Shown piece by piece: positions 53,732 through 63,510 of a DNA stretch of 64,000 bases (positions within the stretch are counted from its first letter, which is position 1; every line of letters starts with the position of its first letter). The translations under genes were made by a program, and so were the position numbers. Source of the DNA: Pseudomonas phage pPa_SNUABM_DT01. The stretch lies in sequence record MW735835.1. One strand, given 5' to 3'. The notes under the pieces were generated by a model. That model had not been told where the DNA came from, searched no databases, and was given only the letters and a program-made list of their open reading frames with translations.

Positions 53732-56656
53732 TTACTCCGAAGCGTGCTTCATGAACACGACGTCGATGCTGTCCACCACCCCGTAGGTTCCGTTGGGGAG
53801 GGAGATCAGCTTCTTGCCGATGCACAGACGGGACGATTCGTCAGCCATGGTGATCACACTGAAGTTGCGTGGGCCACCAAAGTTCTTAATCGCCACGGCC
53901 TGGATGTCGTTACCCATGACGTTCTTGAGTGCAGTCTGCAAGTTGTCTCGCGTGACCTGCATCTCTTTGAAGTCAGCAGTGATCGACTTACGGGTCGCTT
54001 TACGCATCTCTTCCTTGAGGACTTCGTTCTTGTAGACCGAGTCATTGACGTAGTACTCGACCACCAGGTGCTGTGCCGCTTGCAGGGACATCGCCAGGCT
54101 GTCATCCACCAGTGCCTCCACCAAGCCCACCGTCGACTTCGGATGGAACCAGAGTTTGGTCTTCTCCAGAAGCTTCTTACGGATCGGTGCCAGCGTGATG
54201 TTGACCCATTCCACGATCTGGTTCGGGACCGTCTCGCGGTAGTTCAGGTCGGTCTCGTTGGTGACGAAGAAGTACACGCCGTCGAACAGGCAGAGTTCTA
54301 CCTGACGCAGTACACTGCGCGGGGACGCAATGATCGGTTCACCGTCTTGGTAGATGATGGACCCTTCTTCATGCAGCACGATGGGGAGTTCGGTCTCCTC
54401 GTCGTACTTGATGTCGCCGGCCTTGTGCTTGTACACCACGTGAGGCTTGCCTTGTCCGTCGTACTCCACGAGTACGCCACCGGTGGCCGTGGTTTCCGGC
54501 ACGTTGGTGGTCCACAGCTCGTAGACGGTCTCCTCGTAGCGAAGGTATTGCTCCTCGCCAACCGTTGAACGTGCGCGCGCCCAGAGGCCTTCCAGGGACG
54601 CTCCCAACACTAGCGTGACTTGCTCGTGGTACAGACCCGAGATCTCGTCGGTGTAGAGGAACTTGCCCATGTTCTCGTCGATGCTGGTGTACTCGCCCTG
54701 TTCCACCAGAGCCGACTTGACACCGTAGAAGATGTCGAAGACGGTGGACATCGCTGCGGGGTAGGCATGCGGTGCAATGTCCTCGGCTTGGAAGCCGTTC
54801 AGGTAGACGTTGTGTTCAGGGTCGACGTCCCAGTTCGAGTCGAAGCGGAATTCGAAGATCCATTCCTTGGACTTCGGATCACGCCCTACCAGGGTGCCGT
54901 TCAGGTACGTGCGGGTCACTTCACCCGGCGCGATGTACGCCAGCTGAGCCACCAAGCCATCGTCGTCCAACTCCTTGAGGCTGTCGGTCGAGTCAGACAT
55001 GATGCGCAGCACCCAACCTGTGTCAGTGCGCTCGAAGGTGTGACCGTTACTGTTGATGCCCACGCCCATGGTGCCGTTGTCTTCGACGAAGAACCGGCGC
55101 GTCAGCTGCGGATTGCCGAAGTAATACGGTCGTACCGTGAAGACGTTGTCCGTGATGTCGTAGACGTAATGGAACGGGGTATAGAAGTAGTTGCCGTTGG
55201 TGACCCGGTCCACCAACAGGTCTGGCGAGAGTTCCAACAGCTCTTCCTTGGTTTCCTTGTCCACGATGGACAGGTAACCCCCTTCGTCCTTATACAGGGT
55301 CGACGGCAGGATGGTCATCCGCAGACCATTGTCCTTCACGTCGGCCGTAGCCAGGATCTGGTCAATGGTCTTGCTGAGTGTGATCACGTTAGCGCCCACA
55401 CCGGTGGAGACTTCCTTGATGTCCGGTGCAGGCAGCTCACGGGAAGCGGCGTACAGACGGTTGGTCAGGTTGTCCACGTCGGTTACACAGCTGAAGCCTG
55501 CGTCAGTGAGCAGGTCAAGCTGCGATTGGATCTGCACGTTAGTGATCGGGACATCGATGCGACCAGTGGCGTTGTTGATGACACGTTCTTTCAGCTTGGC
55601 GAAGCTGATGGCATTAGAACCGCCGGTAGCGGGAGTCGATGCCATGAAGTACGCCGAGGTCAGGCGGGCCACCGGAGAGGTGTACTTGCCATTGTCGTCG
55701 TTGTCGTAGTCATCGAAGGTCGCCTTGAACATGTCCGAGCTGTAACCATTGAGCGCCAGCTCCAACACCCCACGAGTGGTGTAGATGTCGATGCGCAGGG
55801 TACGGTTCACCAAACCAGTGGTGTAGTAGACCTGCGGGATAGAGACGTTCAACTGGTTGTTGTCCAGCAGCTTCAGAACAGCTGTCGGCACCAACGGGTT
55901 GTAGACCTGGTCGCTGTGCGTGGTGTTGATCTCGGTCCACCCACCGTTACCATCGCTGGCATAGACACGACAGTGGTAGAACTGGTCACTGAACCCGTAG
56001 GTCTTGTTGAAGACCTTGGAGGCAGTCAATGGAGCCGTGACCGACTTGATCTCGACTTGCTGGCACGGCACCTCCATCTGGATGAACTCCTCGTGACCGA
56101 GGTTGTAGTTCAGCAGAGACCATTCCACGCTGTTGGTTTCCAGCGGCATGGTTGGGGAGGGTTTGCTGTTGTCGTAGACGATCTGGAGGCCGCCGTGCGG
56201 CAACACCCGGATCTCGATCGGGTACTGGAGGGTAAACGGAACATCGCCCCCAAGGATCTTGGTGTGACGCGGGATGGTCAGTTTCTTCACCCCGGCGTTG
56301 CCGGTATCGACGGCTTTCTCAATCACTTCGTTCTTGTTGAAGGCCAGCAGGATGTTGGCCACCGAAGGACTGGAGAAGACGTTGATGTAATCGACGGTGC
56401 TCATGTGACGGTAGAGGTCATCACGGGTCTGAGCCTGCTCCGGGTATTGCAGACGGTTCAGGAACTCATCCTTCCGGGTCGCGTTGGCAAACAGCGTGCT
56501 GGCGAACTCCATCAGGTAGACGAAAGCGTTCGACGCATCGGTGATCTCGACTTCGCCGTTGGTGACGCGTTCGAGGTACTCGATACCGGCGCGTTGGATC
56601 GCCATCGGATTGAGCTTGGCCAGCTCAATCATGTTGTTCAAATCTGCCCTTTGCAT
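53732..56656 (-). CDS. large hypothetical protein, 974 aa (probable virion structural protein)
   Basis: Minus-strand ATG with GGAG Shine-Dalgarno element. Strong codon bias. No enzymatic motif. Confidence 0.85.
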   Translation of the reverse strand: MQRADLNNMIELAKLNPMAIQRAGIEYLERVTNGEVEITDASNAFVYLMEFASTLFANATRKDEFLNRLQYPEQAQTRDDLYRHMSTVDYINVFSSPSVANILLAFNKNEVIEKAVDTGNAGVKKLTIPRHTKILGGDVPFTLQYPIEIRVLPHGGLQIVYDNSKPSPTMPLETNSVEWSLLNYNLGHEEFIQMEVPCQQVEIKSVTAPLTASKVFNKTYGFSDQFYHCRVYASDGNGGWTEINTTHSDQVYNPLVPTAVLKLLDNNQLNVSIPQVYYTTGLVNRTLRIDIYTTRGVLELALNGYSSDMFKATFDDYDNDDNGKYTSPVARLTSAYFMASTPATGGSNAISFAKLKERVINNATGRIDVPITNVQIQSQLDLLTDAGFSCVTDVDNLTNRLYAASRELPAPDIKEVSTGVGANVITLSKTIDQILATADVKDNGLRMTILPSTLYKDEGGYLSIVDKETKEELLELSPDLLVDRVTNGNYFYTPFHYVYDITDNVFTVRPYYFGNPQLTRRFFVEDNGTMGVGINSNGHTFERTDTGWVLRIMSDSTDSLKELDDDGLVAQLAYIAPGEVTRTYLNGTLVGRDPKSKEWIFEFRFDSNWDVDPEHNVYLNGFQAEDIAPHAYPAAMSTVFDIFYGVKSALVEQGEYTSIDENMGKFLYTDEISGLYHEQVTLVLGASLEGLWARARSTVGEEQYLRYEETVYELWTTNVPETTATGGVLVEYDGQGKPHVVYKHKAGDIKYDEETELPIVLHEEGSIIYQDGEPIIASPRSVLRQVELCLFDGVYFFVTNETDLNYRETVPNQIVEWVNITLAPIRKKLLEKTKLWFHPKSTVGLVEALVDDSLAMSLQAAQHLVVEYYVNDSVYKNEVLKEEMRKATRKSITADFKEMQVTRDNLQTALKNVMGNDIQAVAIKNFGGPRNFSVITMADESSRLCIGKKLISLPNGTYGVVDSIDVVFMKHASE

Positions 56657-56667
56657 GGGTCACTCCA

Positions 56668-57849
56668 TTAAGCGATGATCTGGACGGGCGCCGGATCGTT
56701 CGGGTTCTCGATCGGCTGGATGTCGGTCTTGTCGAAATTGCCTTTGATGACGCTTTCGTACTCAGCCCGGTCTATCCACCATTCCAGCTCGTTGTTGTTC
56801 ATCATGTTGATCCACGGGAAGCCCTTGTAGTTGAACAGCTTGCGCTCTTCAGGGCTGATCTTGACCATGGACTTCTCACGGGTGCCGTCACCCATGCTGG
56901 CATTGAACGTCACCACCAGCTTGTTGAACTCCCACAGTGCCAACGGGTCGTTGTACTCGGCGACCGTGCACTCGAAGGTGGCTTGGATCGACTTGTTCGA
57001 CTCGTTGTAGGGGTTTTCACGGCTGTAGTTGAACGCAGTACCCATCGACAGGCCAGTGGGGAAACCCGCACCGCAGATGGCCCATTTCTGGATGAAGCGA
57101 CCCGACCAATCCATCACGAACCGGTAGACCCGGGTCATGTAGTCGATCTCATTTTGGACGATGCTGTAACCTGCGGGCTGGATCTTGGTGCCCATGTAGA
57201 CACCACCGATGTACAAAATCCACGCAAACAGCGTCAATGATATAGGATCGCCTAGGGTGTTTTCAAAGGTGCAGTCCAGGGAAAAACGACCATTGATCTC
57301 TGCGATCGAGTCGTTCATCATCCACACTTCTTTCGCCATGCCTTCTGCCGAACTGTACGCGTGAAGCGTCAGGTCGGGCCATCCGGACATATTCGTCAGG
57401 GTGTTACTGAGCAACGGCATAAAAGCTTGGCGGTTGTCGAAGATGGTGTTGTCACCTTTAATATCCGATTGGATACTGTCAGGCCAGAGCATCCGACGAA
57501 TGATTCGGCTGTACGACGACGGTTCTTCACTGGCCAAAACCGACAATTGTCGGAGCGCCATCACGTTATCGTATGACAGGTTCAAATTTGGGCGTGTGAA
57601 AAACGTCAGGCCCTGCATGTCGGTATTCGCAGGTACTGCCGAACCTTGTTGTGTCCGGTTGAAACCACCGAGCAGATCATGGAAACGAGCCCCAATAGCA
57701 CCCGTGCCCTGCTCTCGGGTCAGTCGGCGCATCAAGGCATCATCACTGTCAAACCCCCCGTACTTGGCAATGGTGTCCATCACCTGCGCCATGGCACTCA
57801 GGGGATTAGGGTTCGCCCTGGAAACCCGCTGAACTTTGTAATCATTCAT
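56668..57849 (-). CDS. hypothetical protein, ~393 aa (probable structural protein)
   Basis: First gene of the minus-strand pair. ATG at 57849 is preferred over the track's GTG at 57858. Confidence 0.8.
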   Translation of the reverse strand: MNDYKVQRVSRANPNPLSAMAQVMDTIAKYGGFDSDDALMRRLTREQGTGAIGARFHDLLGGFNRTQQGSAVPANTDMQGLTFFTRPNLNLSYDNVMALRQLSVLASEEPSSYSRIIRRMLWPDSIQSDIKGDNTIFDNRQAFMPLLSNTLTNMSGWPDLTLHAYSSAEGMAKEVWMMNDSIAEINGRFSLDCTFENTLGDPISLTLFAWILYIGGVYMGTKIQPAGYSIVQNEIDYMTRVYRFVMDWSGRFIQKWAICGAGFPTGLSMGTAFNYSRENPYNESNKSIQATFECTVAEYNDPLALWEFNKLVVTFNASMGDGTREKSMVKISPEERKLFNYKGFPWINMMNNNELEWWIDRAEYESVIKGNFDKTDIQPIENPNDPAPVQIIA

Positions 57850-57880
57850 TTCTACCACGCCTTAATGAAGGGAAATGTTC

Positions 57881-59329
57881 ATGAAGAATAATGTCTCGCA
57901 AGAGAGTATCGGCGTCCTCGCCGGGATGGCGATCTCTACCGGGGCTGGCCTGTTGGTCAAATACACCCCGCAGATCGTTGCTGCTCTTTCGTCGAAGATC
58001 GGTCAACAAGCGGCAGGCGCGGTCATCGACCAAGCTAAGCAGACCATCGCCGATAGCATCAAGAACGGCAAGGAAACCGATTTGGTTCGCTTCACACAAT
58101 CTGCGCGTGTGGAGCCCATCCTGCTGATGGACAAGCGTGCGGTCCAGATCCCGTTCATTCAGGACGTGGTCCACACCGTGTTCAACATGTTCACCGGCTA
58201 CTGGTTGCTGGCCGTTTCCCTCGACACCAAGATCAACGGCGTCTCCGTTGGTAAGCGTCTCGACAAGTTCGCCACCGACCGCGACCTGAACGATGCCACC
58301 CTGACCATGCTCAGTGACGACTTCGGCATTCGTCCGTCCACCGAGTCCCTGGCCTTCGGCCTGCCGTTCATCGACGACATCATTGCTGAACAGGACGCTA
58401 CTGCTTCCATGGAAGCCGACAGCGACATCAGCGCTGAAGAGCTGGCCGCCCTGATCGGCAAAGCGCTCGACGAGCGTGAGCAGAAGGACGACAGCGAAGC
58501 TCAAAAGACCCTGAACAAGATCACCGACGAGCGTCTGCGTGACAAGCTCAAGCGTGAAATGGACAAGGTCCAGAAAGGTACCGCCAAAGACGCCACCGAG
58601 TTGGCCAAGAAAGCCCTCGATGAGTGGAAGCAGGAAAACGCCAAGAACGGCGGCACTGGCGTGACCAACGCTGCCAAGTACGTCGAGAAGATCACCAACC
58701 TCGCCGTGGGTAACGTCATTGACGTGACCATCAGCGAAGACGGCAAAGAAGCCGTGGTTCCGGTGACCATCCGTATGCGTGTGGCTGGTATGCCTTCTGA
58801 CACCATGGTCCAGACTCTGGCCGTGGGTGGTACTGATGTGACTTTCCGCAGCCGCTGGAGAGCTTGGCGTGCTGGCGAGATCGGTTTCTGGTCTGACTTC
58901 GTACTTCAGATGGACCGTGTCGACGCACACCGCGCCGCCATGATGAAGGACGAGACCGGCTACTACAAGACCGTCTACGCCCGTGCCAACCGCAACTCCA
59001 TGGCGCAGAACCTTGCCGGTGGTCCTTCGCTGGCCACTGCTTCGGCTATCCTCGTGCTGGACGCTACCACTGCGACCAACCTGGAACGCCGTATCGGCGG
59101 CAAGCTGGACAACTTCAAGACCCGCCAGGGCATCTTCGGCCACACCTACTCCATGCTGATGGCAGTGGTGGACCCGGACTGGGAATCGATCACCATCTAC
59201 ACCCGCGGCATCGAGATGCCGACCAAGCTGCGTAAGGACGACATCAAGACTGCCGGCAAGTCCGACAGTAAAGAAGTGATGGAAATCCTGAAGTCCTATC
59301 AGCTGGGTCGCGCTCCGGGCCGTATCTGA
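57881..59329 (+). CDS. hypothetical protein, ~482 aa (probable structural protein)
   Basis: Divergent from the minus-strand pair across only a ~30-bp gap. AAGGGA Shine-Dalgarno element 9 nt upstream of ATG 57881. Lys/Asp-rich coiled-coil centre. Confidence 0.8.
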   Translation: MKNNVSQESIGVLAGMAISTGAGLLVKYTPQIVAALSSKIGQQAAGAVIDQAKQTIADSIKNGKETDLVRFTQSARVEPILLMDKRAVQIPFIQDVVHTVFNMFTGYWLLAVSLDTKINGVSVGKRLDKFATDRDLNDATLTMLSDDFGIRPSTESLAFGLPFIDDIIAEQDATASMEADSDISAEELAALIGKALDEREQKDDSEAQKTLNKITDERLRDKLKREMDKVQKGTAKDATELAKKALDEWKQENAKNGGTGVTNAAKYVEKITNLAVGNVIDVTISEDGKEAVVPVTIRMRVAGMPSDTMVQTLAVGGTDVTFRSRWRAWRAGEIGFWSDFVLQMDRVDAHRAAMMKDETGYYKTVYARANRNSMAQNLAGGPSLATASAILVLDATTATNLERRIGGKLDNFKTRQGIFGHTYSMLMAVVDPDWESITIYTRGIEMPTKLRKDDIKTAGKSDSKEVMEILKSYQLGRAPGRI

Positions 59330-59355
59330 TCACCCCACCCTCAAGGAACCTTGAA

Positions 59356-60240
59356 ATGATCCTCGACTTCCTGCGCCGTCTGGCGGCATCCTTCACCAAG
59401 GATGAGTTGAAAGAAAAGCTTCGTGTGCTGGCGCAAGCCGGCCAGAAGGCCATCGAAACCTACATGAACGCCGAAACCGTGCTGACCTCCTTCAAGTCGA
59501 AGGCCGGTAAGGAGTTCGAGAACGAGATGGGCAAGGCCGTGCGCCTGCCCCCTCGCATGACCCTGGTGGCATACATCCGCCAGGTGCTGACCAACATGTC
59601 GGTGACCCTGGAGCTGCTGGGTGCCATTGCCGAGAAGTCCTACGGCAAAGACATCGTGGTGGAAGGCATCACCTACAAGCGGGCAGAGCTGCTGCGCACC
59701 ATCGGGTACATGGACTTCGTTGTCGCGTATTCGATGCAGCTGCTGCACTACCTGACTGTGGCTGAAGCCTCCGTGGTCTCGAAGGAACATGCTGACGGCC
59801 AAGAGCGTCCGCGCCCTGAGCTTCAGTACCTGAAGATGAACCAGAAAGCCTTCTTCACGCTGCTGCAAACCTTCAGCAAGCCGTCGCGTGAATTGGCAGC
59901 CCTGATCGAGTCCATTCCTGACATCACCGTCGGCGCCGACGATGAGAAGGTGATCGTTCCGCAGGTCGGCTACTCCAAGCTCGACCCGCTGAAGAACAAC
60001 TTCATCCCGGGCGTGTCCTCGACCGCGCTGGCCATCGGCATCTGGTGGGCCACCCTGCAAACGGCGAAGTACGAGCGCCTGAAAGAAGACGCTCGTTCGA
60101 TCCAGCTGCGTCTGGAGCAACTCCGTCTGCAAGCCCAGGGTAAGAGCGACGCTCAACTGGAACGCACCATCGCGACCTACGAGCGTTACCTGAACGACAC
60201 GGCGGAGAAGATCGCCAAGATGGAGGCGAAGTACGCATGA
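59356..60240 (+). CDS. hypothetical protein
   Basis: CAAGGAA Shine-Dalgarno element. 294 aa. Confidence 0.75.
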   Translation: MILDFLRRLAASFTKDELKEKLRVLAQAGQKAIETYMNAETVLTSFKSKAGKEFENEMGKAVRLPPRMTLVAYIRQVLTNMSVTLELLGAIAEKSYGKDIVVEGITYKRAELLRTIGYMDFVVAYSMQLLHYLTVAEASVVSKEHADGQERPRPELQYLKMNQKAFFTLLQTFSKPSRELAALIESIPDITVGADDEKVIVPQVGYSKLDPLKNNFIPGVSSTALAIGIWWATLQTAKYERLKEDARSIQLRLEQLRLQAQGKSDAQLERTIATYERYLNDTAEKIAKMEAKYA

Positions 60241-60764
60241 GTCAGATCAAAACTCATCGCGGCTTCACTCTGTCCACTGACCCGAACGCTGCTCGTGGTT
60301 ATATTGACCTCCCTCTGGTGGATACGCTGTACCATCATATGGAGACCAAGACCAACTTCGAGCACGACTACGGTTATGTGCAAGATGTGCTGAAAGCCGC
60401 ACGTCAGATCCTCTTCACCGCCGATGGCCGGTTCATTCTGGCCAACCAAGTGAAGGTCCCGTGCTCCCACTGGGTTCTGCACTACACCCTGTCTACTCTG
60501 GCTTTCATCGCCGGGAAAGACCGCCAGCTCTCGCTCGAGAACTACCGTGACCTGCTCGTGTTCCATCCCAAGGACATCGTAGCGGCTGACCACGGTAAGC
60601 TCATCCGTGAACTCGACCTCGGTTGGTTCTTCGGCGCATCGGCTGGCGATATCCTTTCCTGCTGGTTGGCCCGTGAAGATGGCCTCACCGATCTGGTGCA
60701 ATCCCTGCATTTGATCGGCGGCAGCCTGCCTCCTGGCTGGCACGAACACACCGATGCGGCCTAG
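60237..60764 (+). CDS. hypothetical protein
   Basis: ATGA overlap with the upstream gene. 175 aa. Confidence 0.7.
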   Translation: MSQIKTHRGFTLSTDPNAARGYIDLPLVDTLYHHMETKTNFEHDYGYVQDVLKAARQILFTADGRFILANQVKVPCSHWVLHYTLSTLAFIAGKDRQLSLENYRDLLVFHPKDIVAADHGKLIRELDLGWFFGASAGDILSCWLAREDGLTDLVQSLHLIGGSLPPGWHEHTDAA

Positions 60765-60874
60765 TGCCGCGTCGTTGTCAAAAGGCACCTATTGTGTGCA
60801 GGGATGTGGAACTGTCCTAGGTTCAGCCTGCATCCCGTTCCTTCTGTTTGCAAACACAACGGAGTTTTACACTC

Positions 60875-62104
60875 ATGCGTAGCTCGATTCTCTCTCAAGC
60901 TCTGAACGTCTCCATGGAGAACGATGACATCGTCGTCGAGAACCAGGAGATCAACCCGGTGACCGAAGAAACCACCGTTCAGGTGGACGAAGTCCTGGAA
61001 GAAGTGCGTGACGCCGGCGCCGTTGCCGACGAGCACGAAGAAGTGGTCGAAGAGCTGGACCAGGCTGCTGACAGCCTCGAGAGCCTGATCACCTCCCTGG
61101 AAAGCGCCATCGCCGACGGCGGCATGAGCCCGCAAGCCGCTGACGTCCACAGCCGCGCCCTGGCCATCGCCACCCGTCGCCTGCCGATCAACGCCAGCGA
61201 CTACACCGTTTCCACCGAATCCTTCGGCGGTACCGGCGACAAGCTGCAAGCCTCCATGGAAGCCCTCGAAGGCGCCAAGGAACTGCTGTCCAAGATCTGG
61301 AACGGCATCAAAACCGCCGTGCAGAACGCCTGGAAAGCAGTCGTCAACTTCGTCAGCACCATCGGCAAGTCGAGCGAAGCCCTGCGCCGCGCTGGCAAGC
61401 TGCTGATCGCCCAGGCCAACGGTGCCAAGGGCAACGCTGCTGGCAAGAAAGTCGACGGCACTGCCGTTGCCAAGCTGCTGCACAAGAACGGCGAAATGCC
61501 GTCCGGTTCGAGCGTCGGCGGCCTGCTGGCCACCATCGTTTCCAACGGCGGTGCCGTGGTTACCTCCGCCAAGGTTGCTCAGACCGAGCTGACCAAGCTG
61601 TCCGGCGCCATCGCCGCTGGCCGCACCACCACCGAAGAGCAGCAGGCTGGCTACGACGCCATCATCAACGCTCTGCCGAAGGGTGAGCTGCCTGGTGGCC
61701 GCGTGATCGAAGTCCAGGACTCCGGCATGCCGAAGCTGGTCCAGAAGGTCAACCTGAAGTCCGACAGCGTCGAGCTGGACGTTCCGTCCGTGAACGACAT
61801 CAAGTCGATCGGCCAAGGCATCATCAAGATCGCCGACTTCATCGCCGACTACGACAAGAAGTACTTCAAGGGCCTGGAGAAGTCCATCAACGACTTCGTC
61901 TCCAAGCAGGATCAGCTGATCAAGCGCATGGAGCTGGAAAAGGCCGAGACCAAGAAAGTCCGCGGCGAACTGGCCGGCTTCAAGAAGATCTCCTCGATCG
62001 CTCGCGCCGTCGGCCCGGACTACCTGTCCTACGCCGCCAACGCTGCCAAGGCCTCCTTCAACTTCGGTAAGAAGAGCCTGGCCCAGTACGCTGCTGCCAA
62101 GTGA
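60875..62104 (+). CDS. hypothetical Ala-rich protein, 409 aa (probable structural/scaffold-like)
   Basis: ACGGAG Shine-Dalgarno element 10 nt upstream of ATG 60875. Very strong codon bias. Confidence 0.8.
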   Translation: MRSSILSQALNVSMENDDIVVENQEINPVTEETTVQVDEVLEEVRDAGAVADEHEEVVEELDQAADSLESLITSLESAIADGGMSPQAADVHSRALAIATRRLPINASDYTVSTESFGGTGDKLQASMEALEGAKELLSKIWNGIKTAVQNAWKAVVNFVSTIGKSSEALRRAGKLLIAQANGAKGNAAGKKVDGTAVAKLLHKNGEMPSGSSVGGLLATIVSNGGAVVTSAKVAQTELTKLSGAIAAGRTTTEEQQAGYDAIINALPKGELPGGRVIEVQDSGMPKLVQKVNLKSDSVELDVPSVNDIKSIGQGIIKIADFIADYDKKYFKGLEKSINDFVSKQDQLIKRMELEKAETKKVRGELAGFKKISSIARAVGPDYLSYAANAAKASFNFGKKSLAQYAAAK

Positions 62105-62141
62105 TCAACTGATCGCTGAGCGTCAAGCGTGCTGACCGGAT

Positions 62142-62178
62142 ACCCGCCTGGCTTCGGCTGGGCGGGTGTCTTTTATTC
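62142..62178 (+). terminator. rho-independent terminator
   Basis: ACCCGCC-(12 nt)-GGCGGGT followed by GTCTTTTATTCC. Confidence 0.6.
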
Positions 62179-62233
62179 CGTTTGAACGAATTCTATGGTG
62201 AATTGTCCACTCCATCTCTGAAGAGCATCTGTC

Positions 62234-63499
62234 ATGTCTGATGAAGCCCTGCCTGAAATCCCAGGCAATGAGAGCGAGGGGTTCGTTGAAGTCCTGGAAG
62301 CTGAGCGCGAGCTGTCCAATGCCAAAGTACAACTCGAATCGCTGCTCAACGCCACTGACGCACTGGAGTCCTTGATCTCGCATCTGGACACCAATGACGT
62401 CGTCTCTGATGGTCACCGCGCCGCGGTCACTGTCAGCTTCGAGAACCTGCTCGGCAATACCGGTCTGGGTGTCAACGATATCCTGCCTGCGTTGCAAGCC
62501 CATGAGTACGGCACCGTCTCCACTGAATCGCTCAAGGATCGCCTGAAGGAGATCTGGAAGCGCTTGGTGGCGGGCATCCTGTCCGTGCTGCGTTTCCTGA
62601 AGACCTTCTGGAAATCCATCGCTACCTATCGTGGTCGTCTGCGTATCACGGCTAACCAGCTGGCTAAGCTCGGCACTGTGGCCCGTTACGCCACTGTCAA
62701 GCAGCCGCAGGTCGATCTGGGTATCGAGATCAAATCCCTCGTGCTGGGCGGTAGCGTCGTCTCCGATCCAGACGCCCTGATCCGTTCCATCTCCAACGCC
62801 CTGGACCAATACCGTGTCGTCACTGACATGTACACCTCCGGCATGTTGGAAGTCGGCAAGCAGTTCGAACGTGCGCTGACTGACGGCGGTTCGGGTTCCG
62901 ATAAGCTGGCGCAGGTCTGCGGTATCTTCACCCAGATGCCTGTCGATGCCATTGCGTCCAAGTTGTCGGCCATGGTGTACCGTGATCCGCGCTTCGGTCG
63001 TCGTCTTACCCTGACTGCTCCACCGATCATCGGTGGCTGGTCCCTGTTCTTCCTGACCCTGGAACAAGAGCAACGCAACGCTGGCGCCACTGACCTGCTC
63101 GGTTACGCCCAAGCCATCCGTACCACGGGTGTGCGCTTCGCTCTGACCAACGTCAACGTGAGTAACATCACGTCGGGCGCGGTCAAGACCGCCAATGGCC
63201 AGCAAGTCTCGGTCATGGCCAAGCGGGTCATCGAGATCCTCGACTGCATCGATGCCCAAGAACGTGCTGTCGGTGTCAACCGCATTGAAGCCCAGATCAA
63301 GAACGTCCTCCGGGCAGGCGAGCGCTATCAGGCGAACGCCATCTCCAATGACGGTTCTGGTGCTGACGAAAGTGTCCTGCGCTTCGTGCGCAACTACGCC
63401 AGCTGGGCAATCGGTCCGGTGGATCAAATGACCACCAACCTGCTCACGGTATCCCGCAACCTGTTGGTCTACGGTCGCAAATCTCTGAACGCCCGTTAA
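62234..63499 (+). CDS. hypothetical protein, 421 aa (probable structural protein)
   Basis: Strong codon bias. No motif. Confidence 0.8.
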   Translation: MSDEALPEIPGNESEGFVEVLEAERELSNAKVQLESLLNATDALESLISHLDTNDVVSDGHRAAVTVSFENLLGNTGLGVNDILPALQAHEYGTVSTESLKDRLKEIWKRLVAGILSVLRFLKTFWKSIATYRGRLRITANQLAKLGTVARYATVKQPQVDLGIEIKSLVLGGSVVSDPDALIRSISNALDQYRVVTDMYTSGMLEVGKQFERALTDGGSGSDKLAQVCGIFTQMPVDAIASKLSAMVYRDPRFGRRLTLTAPPIIGGWSLFFLTLEQEQRNAGATDLLGYAQAIRTTGVRFALTNVNVSNITSGAVKTANGQQVSVMAKRVIEILDCIDAQERAVGVNRIEAQIKNVLRAGERYQANAISNDGSGADESVLRFVRNYASWAIGPVDQMTTNLLTVSRNLLVYGRKSLNAR

Positions 63500-63510
63500 A
63501 GGATGGTTCC

